This document shows, piece after piece, positions 1 through 8,360 of a DNA stretch of 64,000 bases. Origin of the DNA: an uncultured virus (IMG/VR IMGVR_UViG_3300043427_002950) (lineage: Duplodnaviria > Heunggongvirae > Uroviricota > Caudoviricetes); the IMG/VR virus record IMGVR_UViG_3300043427_002950, positions 1 to 64,000 of that record. The stretch is one strand, 5' to 3'. How positions within the stretch are numbered: the stretch's first letter is position 1; each line of letters starts with the position of its first letter. The notes beneath the pieces were generated by a model. It worked only from the letters and a program-made list of their open reading frames with translations. It was not told where the DNA came from and made no database searches. A program made the translations under genes and the position numbers.

Positions 1-2
1 CT

Positions 3-704
3 GCTTATAAGTCGGAAATCCTTGACTTCTTCCAAGTTGCTGGTGCTCCTGGTGTCTATAACAAGGCAACTGGTGCTGGTGTTGGTGCTCAGTATGTCGG
101 CAAAGGTGGATTCGTTGCTGGTCTGAACTATGTTGCCGAGAATGGTGAAGATAGTTCCACTGGTGTCTTTGATTCCGAAGGTGCTCTGAACTTCATTGCC
201 CAACTCGGTTACAAAGGATCTAACTGGGGTGTTGGTGCTGGTTATCGTTATGGTTCTGAGGGCACCCGTCCTCGCACCTACAATGGTCTCCTGGGTGCCA
301 ATGGTGCTCTTGTAGATGGTCAGGAGTCTAATGCCATTGCTCTTAACGCATATTGGCAACCTTCTGAATCTGGTTGGGTTCCCTCCATCAGTGCTGGTTA
401 CGGATATAACTTCGTAAGTGGTACTACTGGTGCTACCGATGCTACCGATTCGGATTCCTGGTTCGTTGGTCTTCAGTGGGCAGATGCTTTTGTTGCTGGT
501 AATACTGCTGGTATTGCTGTCGGTCAAGCACCTTCTGCTGAAACCGCTGGCGTATCTGATGCTACGATGCTTGAGTTCTTCTACAAGTTCCAAGTTACCG
601 ATAACATCAGCATCACTCCTGCTCTGTTCTATGTTGACAACAATCAGCGTTACCAGGACAGCAGCAAGTGGGGTGGTGTAATTCAGACCAAGTTCACGTT
701 CTGA
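3..704 (+). CDS. Cyanobacterial outer-membrane porin (Som/OprB-like), 5' truncated by window edge
   Basis: Not in ORF track. Frame 3 reads open: AYKSEILDFFQVAGAPGVYNKATGAG...WFVGLQW...EFFYKFQVTDNISITPALFYV...WGGVIQTKFTF*. Cyanobacterial porin C-terminus with terminal Phe. Confidence 0.85.
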   Translation, partial: AYKSEILDFFQVAGAPGVYNKATGAGVGAQYVGKGGFVAGLNYVAENGEDSSTGVFDSEGALNFIAQLGYKGSNWGVGAGYRYGSEGTRPRTYNGLLGANGALVDGQESNAIALNAYWQPSESGWVPSISAGYGYNFVSGTTGATDATDSDSWFVGLQWADAFVAGNTAGIAVGQAPSAETAGVSDATMLEFFYKFQVTDNISITPALFYVDNNQRYQDSSKWGGVIQTKFTF

Positions 705-727
705 TAAATCACTCATAACCTGAGTGG

Positions 728-754
728 AACCACCTCTTCTTGGGGTGGTTTTTT
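728..754 (+). terminator. Intrinsic terminator after porin
   Basis: AACCACCTC-ttctt-GGGGTGGTT then T-run; a second hairpin CACTCA-taacc-TGAGTG lies at 710-726. Confidence 0.75.
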
Positions 755-787
755 ATTGACTACATAAAATAGATTACTTTTTAATAT

Positions 788-1708
788 ATGAAAGCATTAG
801 TAACTGGTGGAGCTGGTTTTATTGGTTCCAATCTTGTAGATAAACTTTTGGAAATGGGTCATGAAGTTGTCGTAATTGACAATGAGAGTTCTGAATGTAA
901 CGAGGAGTTTTATTGGAATGAAAGCGCGATTAATGCTAAATTTGATATTGCCGATTATACTAATACTCGGTCTCTTTACGATGCTGTTGATGTAGTATTT
1001 CACCTTGCCGCAGAATCACGAATTCAACCTGCGATTGAAAATCCCATTCTTGCAGTTGCAACAAATTGTGTAGGGACTTGTACGGTTCTTCAATGTGCAA
1101 GAGAAGCAGGAGTTAAAAGAGTCATTTATTCATCCACATCCTCAGCATATGGAAGAAACATTCCTCCATGTGTAGAAACTATGATTGAAGATTGCTTGAA
1201 TCCATATTCTGTATCAAAAGTTTCTGGTGAAAAACTTTGTGAAATGTATTATGAATTGTACGGATTGGAAACGATCATATTCAGATATTTTAATGTTTAT
1301 GGTGAAAGACAACCACTTAAGGGACACTATGCTCCTGTAATTGGATTGTTCTTAAGACAAGCAGAAAATGGAGAATCATTGACAATTGTGGGTGATGGTG
1401 AACAACGTAGAGATTTTACACACGTATCTGATGTTGTAAATGCAAATATTATGGCTGCAATTTCTAATCTAGAACCAAATGCATTTGGTAGAATTTATAA
1501 TGTTGGTACTGGAAAAAATTATTCAATAAATGAAATTGCCAACATGATTTCTGATAATCAAATCAAAATTTCTCCAAGACCAGGGGAGTCAAGAGAAACT
1601 CTTGCAGATAATAATAGGATTAAAAAAACCTTTGGATGGTCTCCAAAGGTATCAATTGATACTTGGATCGAGACACAGGTTAGGAAACCCGTACAGATTG
1701 GTTCTTGA
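788..1708 (+). CDS. NAD-dependent nucleotide-sugar epimerase/dehydratase
   Basis: VTGGAGFIGSNL Rossmann motif, YSVSK (YxxxK), RYFNVYG, GDGEQRRDF. Confidence 0.93.
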   Translation: MKALVTGGAGFIGSNLVDKLLEMGHEVVVIDNESSECNEEFYWNESAINAKFDIADYTNTRSLYDAVDVVFHLAAESRIQPAIENPILAVATNCVGTCTVLQCAREAGVKRVIYSSTSSAYGRNIPPCVETMIEDCLNPYSVSKVSGEKLCEMYYELYGLETIIFRYFNVYGERQPLKGHYAPVIGLFLRQAENGESLTIVGDGEQRRDFTHVSDVVNANIMAAISNLEPNAFGRIYNVGTGKNYSINEIANMISDNQIKISPRPGESRETLADNNRIKKTFGWSPKVSIDTWIETQVRKPVQIGS

Positions 1709-1733
1709 CAAAACTTTACAAAACCTATATACT
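1705..1733 (+). promoter_or_regulatory. Sigma70-type promoter for the hli cluster, with HLR1-like repeat over the -35
   Basis: TTGACA-17 bp-TATACT; TTGACAAA-ac-TTTACAAA at 1705-1722. Confidence 0.75.
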
Positions 1734-1760
1734 ATTGTTGTAAATCGTTACAAAACTACA

Positions 1761-1964
1761 ATGACAGTAACCACGAATGAATTTGGTCAACAAAATATGT
1801 GGGCCAAAGAACCTGAAATGGTTTACCAAGAATATCACCGCAAAGGTCTTATGACCCCTATGCAAACTACCGAGATGTATAATGGACGTTGGGCAATGGT
1901 CGGCATTATTGCTGGTGCTATTTCTTATATCAGCACTGGCAAACTCTTCTTCGGAATCTTCTGA
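1761..1964 (+). CDS. hli: High-light-inducible protein
   Basis: EMYNGRWAMVG (ExxNGRxAMxG) motif; start placed at ATG 1761, downstream of the promoter, not at 1602. Confidence 0.9.
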   Translation: MTVTTNEFGQQNMWAKEPEMVYQEYHRKGLMTPMQTTEMYNGRWAMVGIIAGAISYISTGKLFFGIF

Positions 1965-2050
1965 TGACTGAACTTATTTGGACAGTGACTTCGGTTGCTT
2001 TTTTAGTGACTCTATGCTATGCTGTGGAGAACCTTGCTGAAACTTACTGA
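1964..2050 (+). CDS. Small hydrophobic peptide (28 aa)
   Basis: MTELIWTVTSVAFLVTLCYAVENLAETY*; TGATG coupling to both neighbouring genes. Confidence 0.6.
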   Translation: MTELIWTVTSVAFLVTLCYAVENLAETY

Positions 2051-2250
2051 TGATTGGAAATCTTGAACCAGAAGAAAATGTAATGTCTAAAAGTAATTGG
2101 TTAGTAGATCTGACAATTGCTCTTCAACAACTTCAAGACGAATGCGATTGGTCTAGCGATGATGAACTTAAAGTTTGCATCGCAGGCACCTTAAAAAAAG
2201 ACAAATTTATTGTTATTCAAAACACTACTAAAAGAGGAGAAACAAAATGA
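2050..2250 (+). CDS. Hypothetical protein
   Basis: 66-aa ORF, translationally coupled within the hli cluster. Confidence 0.65.
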   Translation: MIGNLEPEENVMSKSNWLVDLTIALQQLQDECDWSSDDELKVCIAGTLKKDKFIVIQNTTKRGETK

Positions 2251-2366
2251 AATTCGGATTCACCCCTGAGGCAGAGATCCTCAATGCTCGCCTGGCAATG
2301 CTCGGTTTCGTCGTTGCTGTAGGCACATATCTCACCACTGGTCAGATTATTCCAGGTATTTTCTGA
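2247..2366 (+). CDS. hli: High-light-inducible protein (39 aa)
   Basis: Not in ORF track: MKFGFTPEAEILNARLAMLGFVVAVGTYLTTGQIIPGIF*; AGGAG SD; TGQIIPGIF tail typical of phage-type Hli. Confidence 0.93.
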   Translation: MKFGFTPEAEILNARLAMLGFVVAVGTYLTTGQIIPGIF

Positions 2367-2383
2367 AATTAGGAGAGTAATTT

Positions 2384-2902
2384 ATGGAACCTAATAAGCG
2401 TCTTGCCGAATATGAATTCGTCTTCCGAGAAGACGGAGAATTTATTACTAAAAAAACTTCGGATATTATTGGCGGAAAAAGAGTAATTATTTTTAGCCTT
2501 CCTGGTGCATTTACTCCAACCTGTACAAATTATCAACTTCCTGGATTTGATGATCTTTATGATGAGTTCAAAAAGCAAGGTATTGATGACATCTTTTGCA
2601 TTTCTGTAAATGATGGGTTTGTTATGAATGCTTGGGCAAAAGAACTTGGAATTGAAAATGTGAAGATGATTCCAGATGGAAATGCCGATTTCACAGATTA
2701 CATGGGTATGCTTGTAGGAAAGTATAACTGTGGTTTTGGTGAAAGGTCTTGGCGTTATGCGATGGTTGTCGATGATATGGTAGTTGAAAAAATGTTCATC
2801 GAATCTGGAAAGTGTGATGATGCAATTGAAGATCCTTACGAAGAAACAACACCAACCAAACTCCTTGAATATGTAAAGTCGAGGCAAATAGTTTCTGTGT
2901 GA
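2384..2902 (+). CDS. Peroxiredoxin (type II / Prx5 family)
   Basis: PGAFTPTC, SVNDGFVMNAW, GERSWRY motifs. Confidence 0.92.
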   Translation: MEPNKRLAEYEFVFREDGEFITKKTSDIIGGKRVIIFSLPGAFTPTCTNYQLPGFDDLYDEFKKQGIDDIFCISVNDGFVMNAWAKELGIENVKMIPDGNADFTDYMGMLVGKYNCGFGERSWRYAMVVDDMVVEKMFIESGKCDDAIEDPYEETTPTKLLEYVKSRQIVSV

Positions 2903-2915
2903 AATACAAAACTAT

Positions 2916-2940
2916 GGAGGGTTTAATCCCTCCTTTTTTT
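2916..2940 (+). terminator. Intrinsic terminator
   Basis: GGAGGG-tttaat-CCCTCC followed by T-run. Confidence 0.75.
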
Positions 2941-2947
2941 ATAAATA
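2940..2947 (+). promoter_or_regulatory. T4-type late promoter
   Basis: TATAAATA 25 nt upstream of the lysin-like gene pair. Confidence 0.7.
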
Positions 2948-2972
2948 CGGGTAGGTTGTTGAGATATAAGAA

Positions 2973-3650
2973 ATGAAAATAGATCTGCATGATTTTTTCG
3001 TGCATTACGATGAAGAGAATCCAAAACATAAGGCTGCGATTGATGAATTAGAGGCAAAGTTGCCCGCAGAATTTTTGGATGATCAGTCAAATTGGGTTAG
3101 AATTTTTAGAACAAAGATAGCAAAAGCAATATTAGATGTTCCTTGGTTTCCTCAAACCGATAACTTTACTCAACCAAATAGAACATGCAACTCTTCGTGT
3201 TCTGCAATGTTCTTAGAATATTTTAAACCAGGAACTCTTAAGGGACCAAAGGGAGATGATACTTACTTAAAAAAATTATTTTCTTTTGGTGACACCACAG
3301 ATCACGGAGCACAAACAAGAGCACTTCAATCTTTTGGTCTCAATTCCGAATTTAGAAATAACTTAGGATTTGCAGATCTTGATAGGGAATTGAAAGAACA
3401 AAGACCAGTTGTAATTGGTGTTAAGCATAGGGGATCATTGTCATATCCTACTGGTGGACATATGGTTGTCGTGATTGGTAAAACACCTCAAGGCGATTAT
3501 GTTGTAAATGATCCTTATGGATCTTGGAATGATCGTTATACTGGACCAGTTACAAATGGTAAAGGTGCAGTTTACAAAGTAAATGACTTGAAGTATCGTT
3601 GGTTATGTGATGGTCCGAATGCGGGATGGGGTAGAGTATGGAAACCATAG
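2973..3650 (+). CDS. C39-like cysteine peptidase (putative lysin)
   Basis: VPWFPQ..RTCNSSCSAM (Cys), GGHMVVVIG (His), YVVNDPYG (Asp). Confidence 0.75.
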   Translation: MKIDLHDFFVHYDEENPKHKAAIDELEAKLPAEFLDDQSNWVRIFRTKIAKAILDVPWFPQTDNFTQPNRTCNSSCSAMFLEYFKPGTLKGPKGDDTYLKKLFSFGDTTDHGAQTRALQSFGLNSEFRNNLGFADLDRELKEQRPVVIGVKHRGSLSYPTGGHMVVVIGKTPQGDYVVNDPYGSWNDRYTGPVTNGKGAVYKVNDLKYRWLCDGPNAGWGRVWKP

Positions 3651-4270
3651 AATTTGAAGATGCGGCAGAAAATTTTAAAGGTTTGCCACATCAAAAGAAA
3701 GCATGGGATTTTTTGCAGAAGTCAGTTCATAAAGAAATCCTGGATGAATTTGCAAGAATTTATAGAGATGGTCCAAAGGTAAATTATCTTGTAGATCTTC
3801 CAAAATCTGGCGTTGATTTGATAAAGCAGTTTGAAGGATGTGAATTGAAGGCGTATTATGATCCTTTGAGTGGTGGATTGCCCATTACAATTGGGTGGGG
3901 TTCTACGAAGAGATTGAATGGAACTTCATTCAGAATTGGAGATAGAATTACGCAGCAAGAAGCAGATGAACTTCTTGCTAAAACTTTAAAAAAAGAATAT
4001 CTTCCAGCATTGCAAAAGATTCCATTTTGGAATGAAATGACTGATAATCAAAGAGGAGCACTTCTTTCCTTTTGTTATAATATGGGACCTAACTTCTACG
4101 GGAATAAAAACTTCGCAACCATTTCATTTGTTTTGAAAAATAAACAATGGCATAAAGTTCCAGAAGTACTTTATATGTACAGAAATCCAGGTACATCAGT
4201 GGAACCTGGATTGGCAAAACGTAGAAAAGCAGAGGGATACCTCTGGGAAATGGGAATGAAAAATAAATAA
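3638..4270 (+). CDS. Lysozyme, GH24 family (putative endolysin)
   Basis: LIKQFEG..AYYD..TIGWG, ALLSFCYNMG, GLAKRRKAE. Confidence 0.9.
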   Translation: METIEFEDAAENFKGLPHQKKAWDFLQKSVHKEILDEFARIYRDGPKVNYLVDLPKSGVDLIKQFEGCELKAYYDPLSGGLPITIGWGSTKRLNGTSFRIGDRITQQEADELLAKTLKKEYLPALQKIPFWNEMTDNQRGALLSFCYNMGPNFYGNKNFATISFVLKNKQWHKVPEVLYMYRNPGTSVEPGLAKRRKAEGYLWEMGMKNK

Positions 4271-4288
4271 CTAAACAACATAAAAATT

Positions 4289-5530
4289 ATGGAAGATCAG
4301 TTAGGATTACAAGGCGAAGAAACACTCAAGACGAGTCAGCAATCTCAGGATCAAATACCACATGATCCTACTGCTGCTGCTCGTTTTCCTGGTGGATATA
4401 CACCAGTAGGTGAGGGAGTAGATAACACTCCAGTAGAAACTGCACCATCAAGTAATGTTGGTGCAGTTGAAGTTACAACAGATACAGATCTTTTTAATCC
4501 TACATTGGAATCTTATGGTTCTTCTGGAGATAATGTGGTTCTAAGAAATATTACTCCAGCAGAAGCATTTAAAGCTTACGGAATAGATATCACACCAGTT
4601 CAGACAAATGGAATCTCTTTTAATCTTGATACTATATCTTTTGGGGGTGGGAATAATGTTGACGACAGCATTGTTGTTGGCGATCTACCAGAACAAGAAC
4701 CGCCTGTAAATCCTCCTGTAGATCCTCCTGTAGATCCTCCTGTAGATCCCGAAGACCCCGAAGACCCCGAAGATCCAGAAGACCCAGAAGACCCAGAGGA
4801 TCCCGAAGATCCAGAAGATCCAGAAGATCCAGAAGATCCCGAAGATCCAGAAGATCCCGAAGACCCAGAAGATCCAGAAGACCCAGAAGATCCCGAAGAT
4901 CCAGAAGATCCAGAAGATCCCGAAGATCCAGAAGATCCAGAAGACCCAGAGGATCCCGAAGATCCAGAAGATCCAGAAGATCCCGAAGATCCAGAAGATC
5001 CAGAAGACCCAGAGGATCCCGAAGACCCCGAAGATCCAGAAGATCCAGGCAGAGGTAATCCTGGCAATGATAAAGAAGTTGGAAACTCACCTTGGGATGG
5101 AGAAACTGGAGCATCAGACAATCCAGGCAAAGGCAATCATCAAGATGGACAAGACCCCGAATCAAACCAACCTCCAGGTGATTCAAAAAATGACGGAGGG
5201 CAAGATAATAATTCTGAAAATCCTCCTAATAATGGAGGAGGTAAAGGAGGAAATAATGGATGGGGAAATGGAGATCAGGATGCTCCAGGTAACTCGGGAC
5301 CTCATAACAACGCTGAAAATGATGGAAATTCAATTGCAGATGTTATTGATCGATTTGTAGAAGAACATCCAGGAAATAATTGGCATGAAAATATCCCCGA
5401 TGAATTTCATGGGGATCAGCACATCGACAATTCTTACGATGTTATTGATGATTTTGGATCACATAATTATGAAATTCCAATGGTTTATGATGATCATCAT
5501 GATACATCATTTCATCATGATTACAGTTGA
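4289..5530 (+). CDS. Acidic low-complexity protein with (DPE)33 repeat
   Basis: 413-aa ORF; synonymous third-position variation through the repeat supports coding in this frame. Confidence 0.75.
   Translation: MEDQLGLQGEETLKTSQQSQDQIPHDPTAAARFPGGYTPVGEGVDNTPVETAPSSNVGAVEVTTDTDLFNPTLESYGSSGDNVVLRNITPAEAFKAYGIDITPVQTNGISFNLDTISFGGGNNVDDSIVVGDLPEQEPPVNPPVDPPVDPPVDPEDPEDPEDPEDPEDPEDPEDPEDPEDPEDPEDPEDPEDPEDPEDPEDPEDPEDPEDPEDPEDPEDPEDPEDPEDPEDPEDPEDPEDPEDPEDPEDPEDPGRGNPGNDKEVGNSPWDGETGASDNPGKGNHQDGQDPESNQPPGDSKNDGGQDNNSENPPNNGGGKGGNNGWGNGDQDAPGNSGPHNNAENDGNSIADVIDRFVEEHPGNNWHENIPDEFHGDQHIDNSYDVIDDFGSHNYEIPMVYDDHHDTSFHHDYS
4745..5041 (+). repeat. 9-bp tandem repeat GAY-CCM-GAR, 33 copies
   Basis: Seen directly; preceded by VNPP/VDPP repeats. 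Confidence 0.95.
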
Positions 5531-5877
5531 TCTGTCATATAAGGTTCTGCTAACCCTTCATTAATTAATTGTTCGTTGAGGGTATTAGGTTCTCCAACAA
5601 AATATAACCAACCCAGTAATCTTCCGTACTTTTCTTCTTTTACGAATTTTACGATTAACTCTTTACCCTCAATATTACTCAAACGGTCTTGCATCCATGC
5701 TTTGGATTTGAGACCTTTTTCTTTTTCTTCTGGATCTGTGGTTCTTGTTTCTGGAGTATTAACTCCTGCTAAACGAACTTTATCACAAAGAGTCAAATGA
5801 AACCCCAAATCGATTTCAACTTCGACAGTATCACCGTCAATAACTCTTTTAATGCTTTTTACTTTGTAGTCGTACAT
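5521..5877 (-). CDS. Thermonuclease (SNase-like)
   Basis: RVIDGDT, VRLAGVNTPE, KYGRLLG, NEQLINEGLA; ATG start at 5877. Confidence 0.88.
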   Translation of the reverse strand: MYDYKVKSIKRVIDGDTVEVEIDLGFHLTLCDKVRLAGVNTPETRTTDPEEKEKGLKSKAWMQDRLSNIEGKELIVKFVKEEKYGRLLGWLYFVGEPNTLNEQLINEGLAEPYMTDQL

Positions 5878-6026
5878 TTCTTTGCTCCTTTTTTCCAAAC
5901 TCTACGAATTGAAGAACGAACTTCTGGTGGTTGAAGTTTGCTCCTGACGTTTCTGTTTTCATTAAAAAAACCATCATTGGTCAGAAGACGAATGATGATT
6001 ATGATCGGAAGAATTAGTTTCCTCAT
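5859..6026 (-). CDS. Small basic protein with hydrophobic N-terminus (55 aa)
   Basis: MRKLILPIIIIIRLLTNDGFF...KKCTTTK*; fills the operon gap. Confidence 0.45.
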   Translation of the reverse strand: MRKLILPIIIIIRLLTNDGFFNENRNVRSKLQPPEVRSSIRRVWKKGAKKCTTTK

Positions 6027-6132
6027 TATCCCAGATAAGAACTTTATAGATTACCCAAGATGTGCCAGCTAAACCAACTGAAAGAAGAATAATAACAGAC
6101 CAGACAACATCTCCACCAGTGAGTACATTCAT
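5974..6132 (-). CDS. Small single-TM membrane protein (52 aa)
   Basis: MNVLTGGDVVWSVIILLSVGLAGTSWVIYKVLIWD...*; ATGA coupling to upstream gene. Confidence 0.55.
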   Translation of the reverse strand: MNVLTGGDVVWSVIILLSVGLAGTSWVIYKVLIWDNEETNSSDHNHHSSSDQ

Positions 6133-6548
6133 TTTTTATGTTTTAATGAATCAGCAATACCTAAAATAGAACCAGAAATTGAATATAATTCTTGAACGTA
6201 ACTTGTTTTATCAAATTCCTCAAGAGAACTATATTCTCCAAAAGTCCTTTCGATATTTATGGCAGATTGTAACAATTCTTTTAAAAGATTTTCTTCATTT
6301 GAAGTGATCGCATCACCCACAACTTCTGAAAAAATATCCGCAATATATGCCATTCTTGCACATGTTTGGTGTGGATATTCATTTTTATTTAAATGAATTG
6401 CTATATCTTCTACGATACTGCCAAGATCATAAGTCCATTCTGCAATTTCTTTTCTTCTTTTAGAATTGAAGAATTTGTCTTTAAGATCTTTTAATGAAGA
6501 ACCTATAGAAATTAAAATACCAATTGCTTCTAATGTTTCAATTATCAT
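6129..6548 (-). CDS. Hypothetical protein
   Basis: ORF; likely ATG start at 6548 (MIIETLEAIG...). Confidence 0.6.
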   Translation of the reverse strand: MIIETLEAIGILISIGSSLKDLKDKFFNSKRRKEIAEWTYDLGSIVEDIAIHLNKNEYPHQTCARMAYIADIFSEVVGDAITSNEENLLKELLQSAINIERTFGEYSSLEEFDKTSYVQELYSISGSILGIADSLKHKK

Positions 6549-6831
6549 GTTCTTCTGGTTTTTTCTTAAGATCTGCTTTAAGTGCAATAATAGTAGCAAG
6601 CAAAGACATTAAAGTTTGTATAGATTCTGAAGTGTTATCGTCACATTTACTTGGTGGCTTTGTTGCTCCATTTCGATCAAATGCCTTTATTAAATACAAA
6701 TATTGTATACTATAAGTTATTTTAAAATTGCAAATTACAAAATTAGTAAATGTCATTCCAACAATAGATGCTGCAACAAATGCAACTAATATTGGAACTA
6801 TATTATCTAATGTTGGATATTTAAATTTCAT
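6538..6831 (-). CDS. Hypothetical membrane protein
   Basis: 97 aa with an N-terminal TM segment and a second hydrophobic helix. Confidence 0.6.
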   Translation of the reverse strand: MKFKYPTLDNIVPILVAFVAASIVGMTFTNFVICNFKITYSIQYLYLIKAFDRNGATKPPSKCDDNTSESIQTLMSLLATIIALKADLKKKPEEHDN

Positions 6832-6843
6832 ATTAAAAGTAAA

Positions 6844-6957
6844 TTATTTTTTCTTCCCACCATTCTTTGCTTTCTTGGCAGTAGCATTGCCAGAATTTTG
6901 TTTTGACTGCTTTCCGCCAGCAGAACCTTTTTTGCCCTTGTTTGCAGATTTTGCCAC
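6844..6957 (-). CDS. Small Lys/Gly-rich basic peptide (37 aa)
   Basis: GTG start, MAKSANKGKKGSAGGKQSKQNSGNATAKKAKNGGKKK*; GGAG SD and late promoters upstream. Confidence 0.6.
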   Translation of the reverse strand: MAKSANKGKKGSAGGKQSKQNSGNATAKKAKNGGKKK

Positions 6958-6982
6958 TGCGGTGCTCCAAATAACACTCAAA

Positions 6983-7011
6983 TATTTATAAAAAGGTGGT
7001 TTCTATTTATA
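6983..7011 (-). promoter_or_regulatory. Two T4 late promoters on the minus strand
   Basis: TATAAATA on - strand at 6983-6990 and 7004-7011. Confidence 0.65.
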
Positions 7012-7037
7012 CTGTGCCACTTAGGCAATTGGACCTA

Positions 7038-7071
7038 TTGACAGGGATTGCTGACAGTGTTATTATAAATA
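7038..7071 (+). promoter_or_regulatory. Overlapping sigma70 and T4 late promoters for psbA
   Basis: TTGACA-17-TATTAT overlapped by TATAAATA (7064-7071). Confidence 0.75.
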
Positions 7072-7110
7072 CATCAACAAGTTAAGGAATGTAAAGTTTC
7101 TTAAAGATTG

Positions 7111-7225
7111 TGCTCCCGTTAACCGAGACCTAAGGGAGGGTAAATACGTCTCTCATATCCCCGCTGAGGGTGCGGGGAGCATAGTAACTCCACCATGTCC
7201 CTGATGGTCTTACTACTTTTTAAAA
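7111..7225 (+). ncRNA. Structured psbA 5' leader, PhotoRC-II-like cis-regulatory RNA
   Basis: GAGAC/GTCTC pairing, CCCCGC-tgagggt-GCGGGG and ACCAT/ATGGT stems upstream of a phage psbA; resembles the cyanophage PhotoRC motif (from memory, not searched). Confidence 0.65.
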
Positions 7226-7227
7226 CA

Positions 7228-8307
7228 ATGACTGCTACAATTTCACAACAACGACAATCGAATACTTGGGAACAGTTCTGCAATTGGATCACCTCCACCG
7301 ATAACCGCATCTATGTTGGTTGGTTTGGAGTCCTTATGATCCCTTGCTTGCTTGCTGCTACGACTTGCTTCATTATCGCATTCATCGGTGCTCCTCCTGT
7401 GGACATTGATGGAATTCGTGAACCAGTTGCTGGTTCTCTGATGTACGGAAACAACATCATCTCTGGTGCCGTTGTTCCTTCTTCTAATGCGATTGGTCTG
7501 CACTTCTACCCCATCTGGGAAGCTGCATCTCTTGATGAATGGCTTTATAACGGTGGACCTTTCCAACTTGTTGTATTTCACTTCCTCATCGGCATCTATG
7601 CTTACATGGGACGTGAATGGGAACTCTCCTATCGTCTGGGTATGCGTCCTTGGATCTGCGTTGCTTATAGTGCTCCTGTTGCTGCTGCATCTGCTGTATT
7701 CCTGGTCTATCCTTTCGGTCAAGGTTCTTTCTCTGATGCGATGCCTTTGGGTATCTCTGGTACGTTTAACTACATGCTTGTCTTCCAAGCAGAACACAAT
7801 ATCCTGATGCACCCCTTCCACATGCTTGGAGTTGCTGGTGTGTTCGGTGGTTCACTCTTCAGTGCTATGCACGGTTCACTGGTGACTTCTTCACTGGTTC
7901 GTGAAACTACTGAAACCGAATCTCAGAACTATGGTTACAAGTTCGGTCAAGAAGAAGAGACCTACAACATTGTTGCTGCTCACGGGTATTTCGGTCGTCT
8001 GATCTTCCAATATGCTTCGTTCAACAACTCTCGTTCACTGCACTTCTTCCTTGCTGCCTGGCCTGTTGTAGGCATCTGGTTTACTGCTCTTGGTGTTAGC
8101 ACCATGGCATTCAACCTGAATGGTTTCAACTTCAACCAGAGCATCATTGATGGTCAGGGTCGTGTGCTCAACACTTGGGCAGATGTTCTGAACCGTGCTG
8201 GACTTGGAATGGAAGTAATGCACGAGCGCAATGCTCACAACTTCCCTCTGGACCTTGCTGCTGCTGAGTCAACTCCTGTTGCTCTGACTGCTCCTGCCAT
8301 TGGTTGA
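7228..8307 (+). CDS. psbA: Photosystem II D1 protein
   Basis: Full-length D1 (MTATISQQ...[23 protein letters not shown]), no intron; REWE (Glu130, high-light type). Confidence 0.99.
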   Translation: MTATISQQRQSNTWEQFCNWITSTDNRIYVGWFGVLMIPCLLAATTCFIIAFIGAPPVDIDGIREPVAGSLMYGNNIISGAVVPSSNAIGLHFYPIWEAASLDEWLYNGGPFQLVVFHFLIGIYAYMGREWELSYRLGMRPWICVAYSAPVAAASAVFLVYPFGQGSFSDAMPLGISGTFNYMLVFQAEHNILMHPFHMLGVAGVFGGSLFSAMHGSLVTSSLVRETTETESQNYGYKFGQEEETYNIVAAHGYFGRLIFQYASFNNSRSLHFFLAAWPVVGIWFTALGVSTMAFNLNGFNFNQSIIDGQGRVLNTWADVLNRAGLGMEVMHERNAHNFPLDLAAAESTPVALTAPAIG

Positions 8308-8333
8308 TATAAAACTGAATAACTGATATAATT

Positions 8334-8360
8334 AAGAGGGTATAACAACCCTCTTTTTTT
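8334..8360 (+). terminator. Intrinsic terminator after psbA
   Basis: AAGAGGGT-ataaca-ACCCTCTT then T-run. Confidence 0.8.

Noticed and set aside
418..681. 87-aa hydrophobic ORF in the track
   Set aside because: Out-of-frame shadow of the porin gene in frame 3
756..768. 13-mer TTGACTACATAAA shared with 15149-15161
   Set aside because: Only two copies, AT-rich, and no well-spaced -10 at the first; could be chance or a promoter remnant
4745..5041. Repeat array as a possible CRISPR
   Set aside because: 9-bp coding tandem repeat with no spacers; I saw no CRISPR array in the window
4600..5186. Minus-strand (SSG)n and (LDL)n ORFs
   Set aside because: Antisense readings of the DPE repeat; third-position variation supports the + frame
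7195..7227. 11-aa N-terminal extension of D1
   Set aside because: The upstream ATG lies in the structured leader; canonical D1 starts MTAT at 7228
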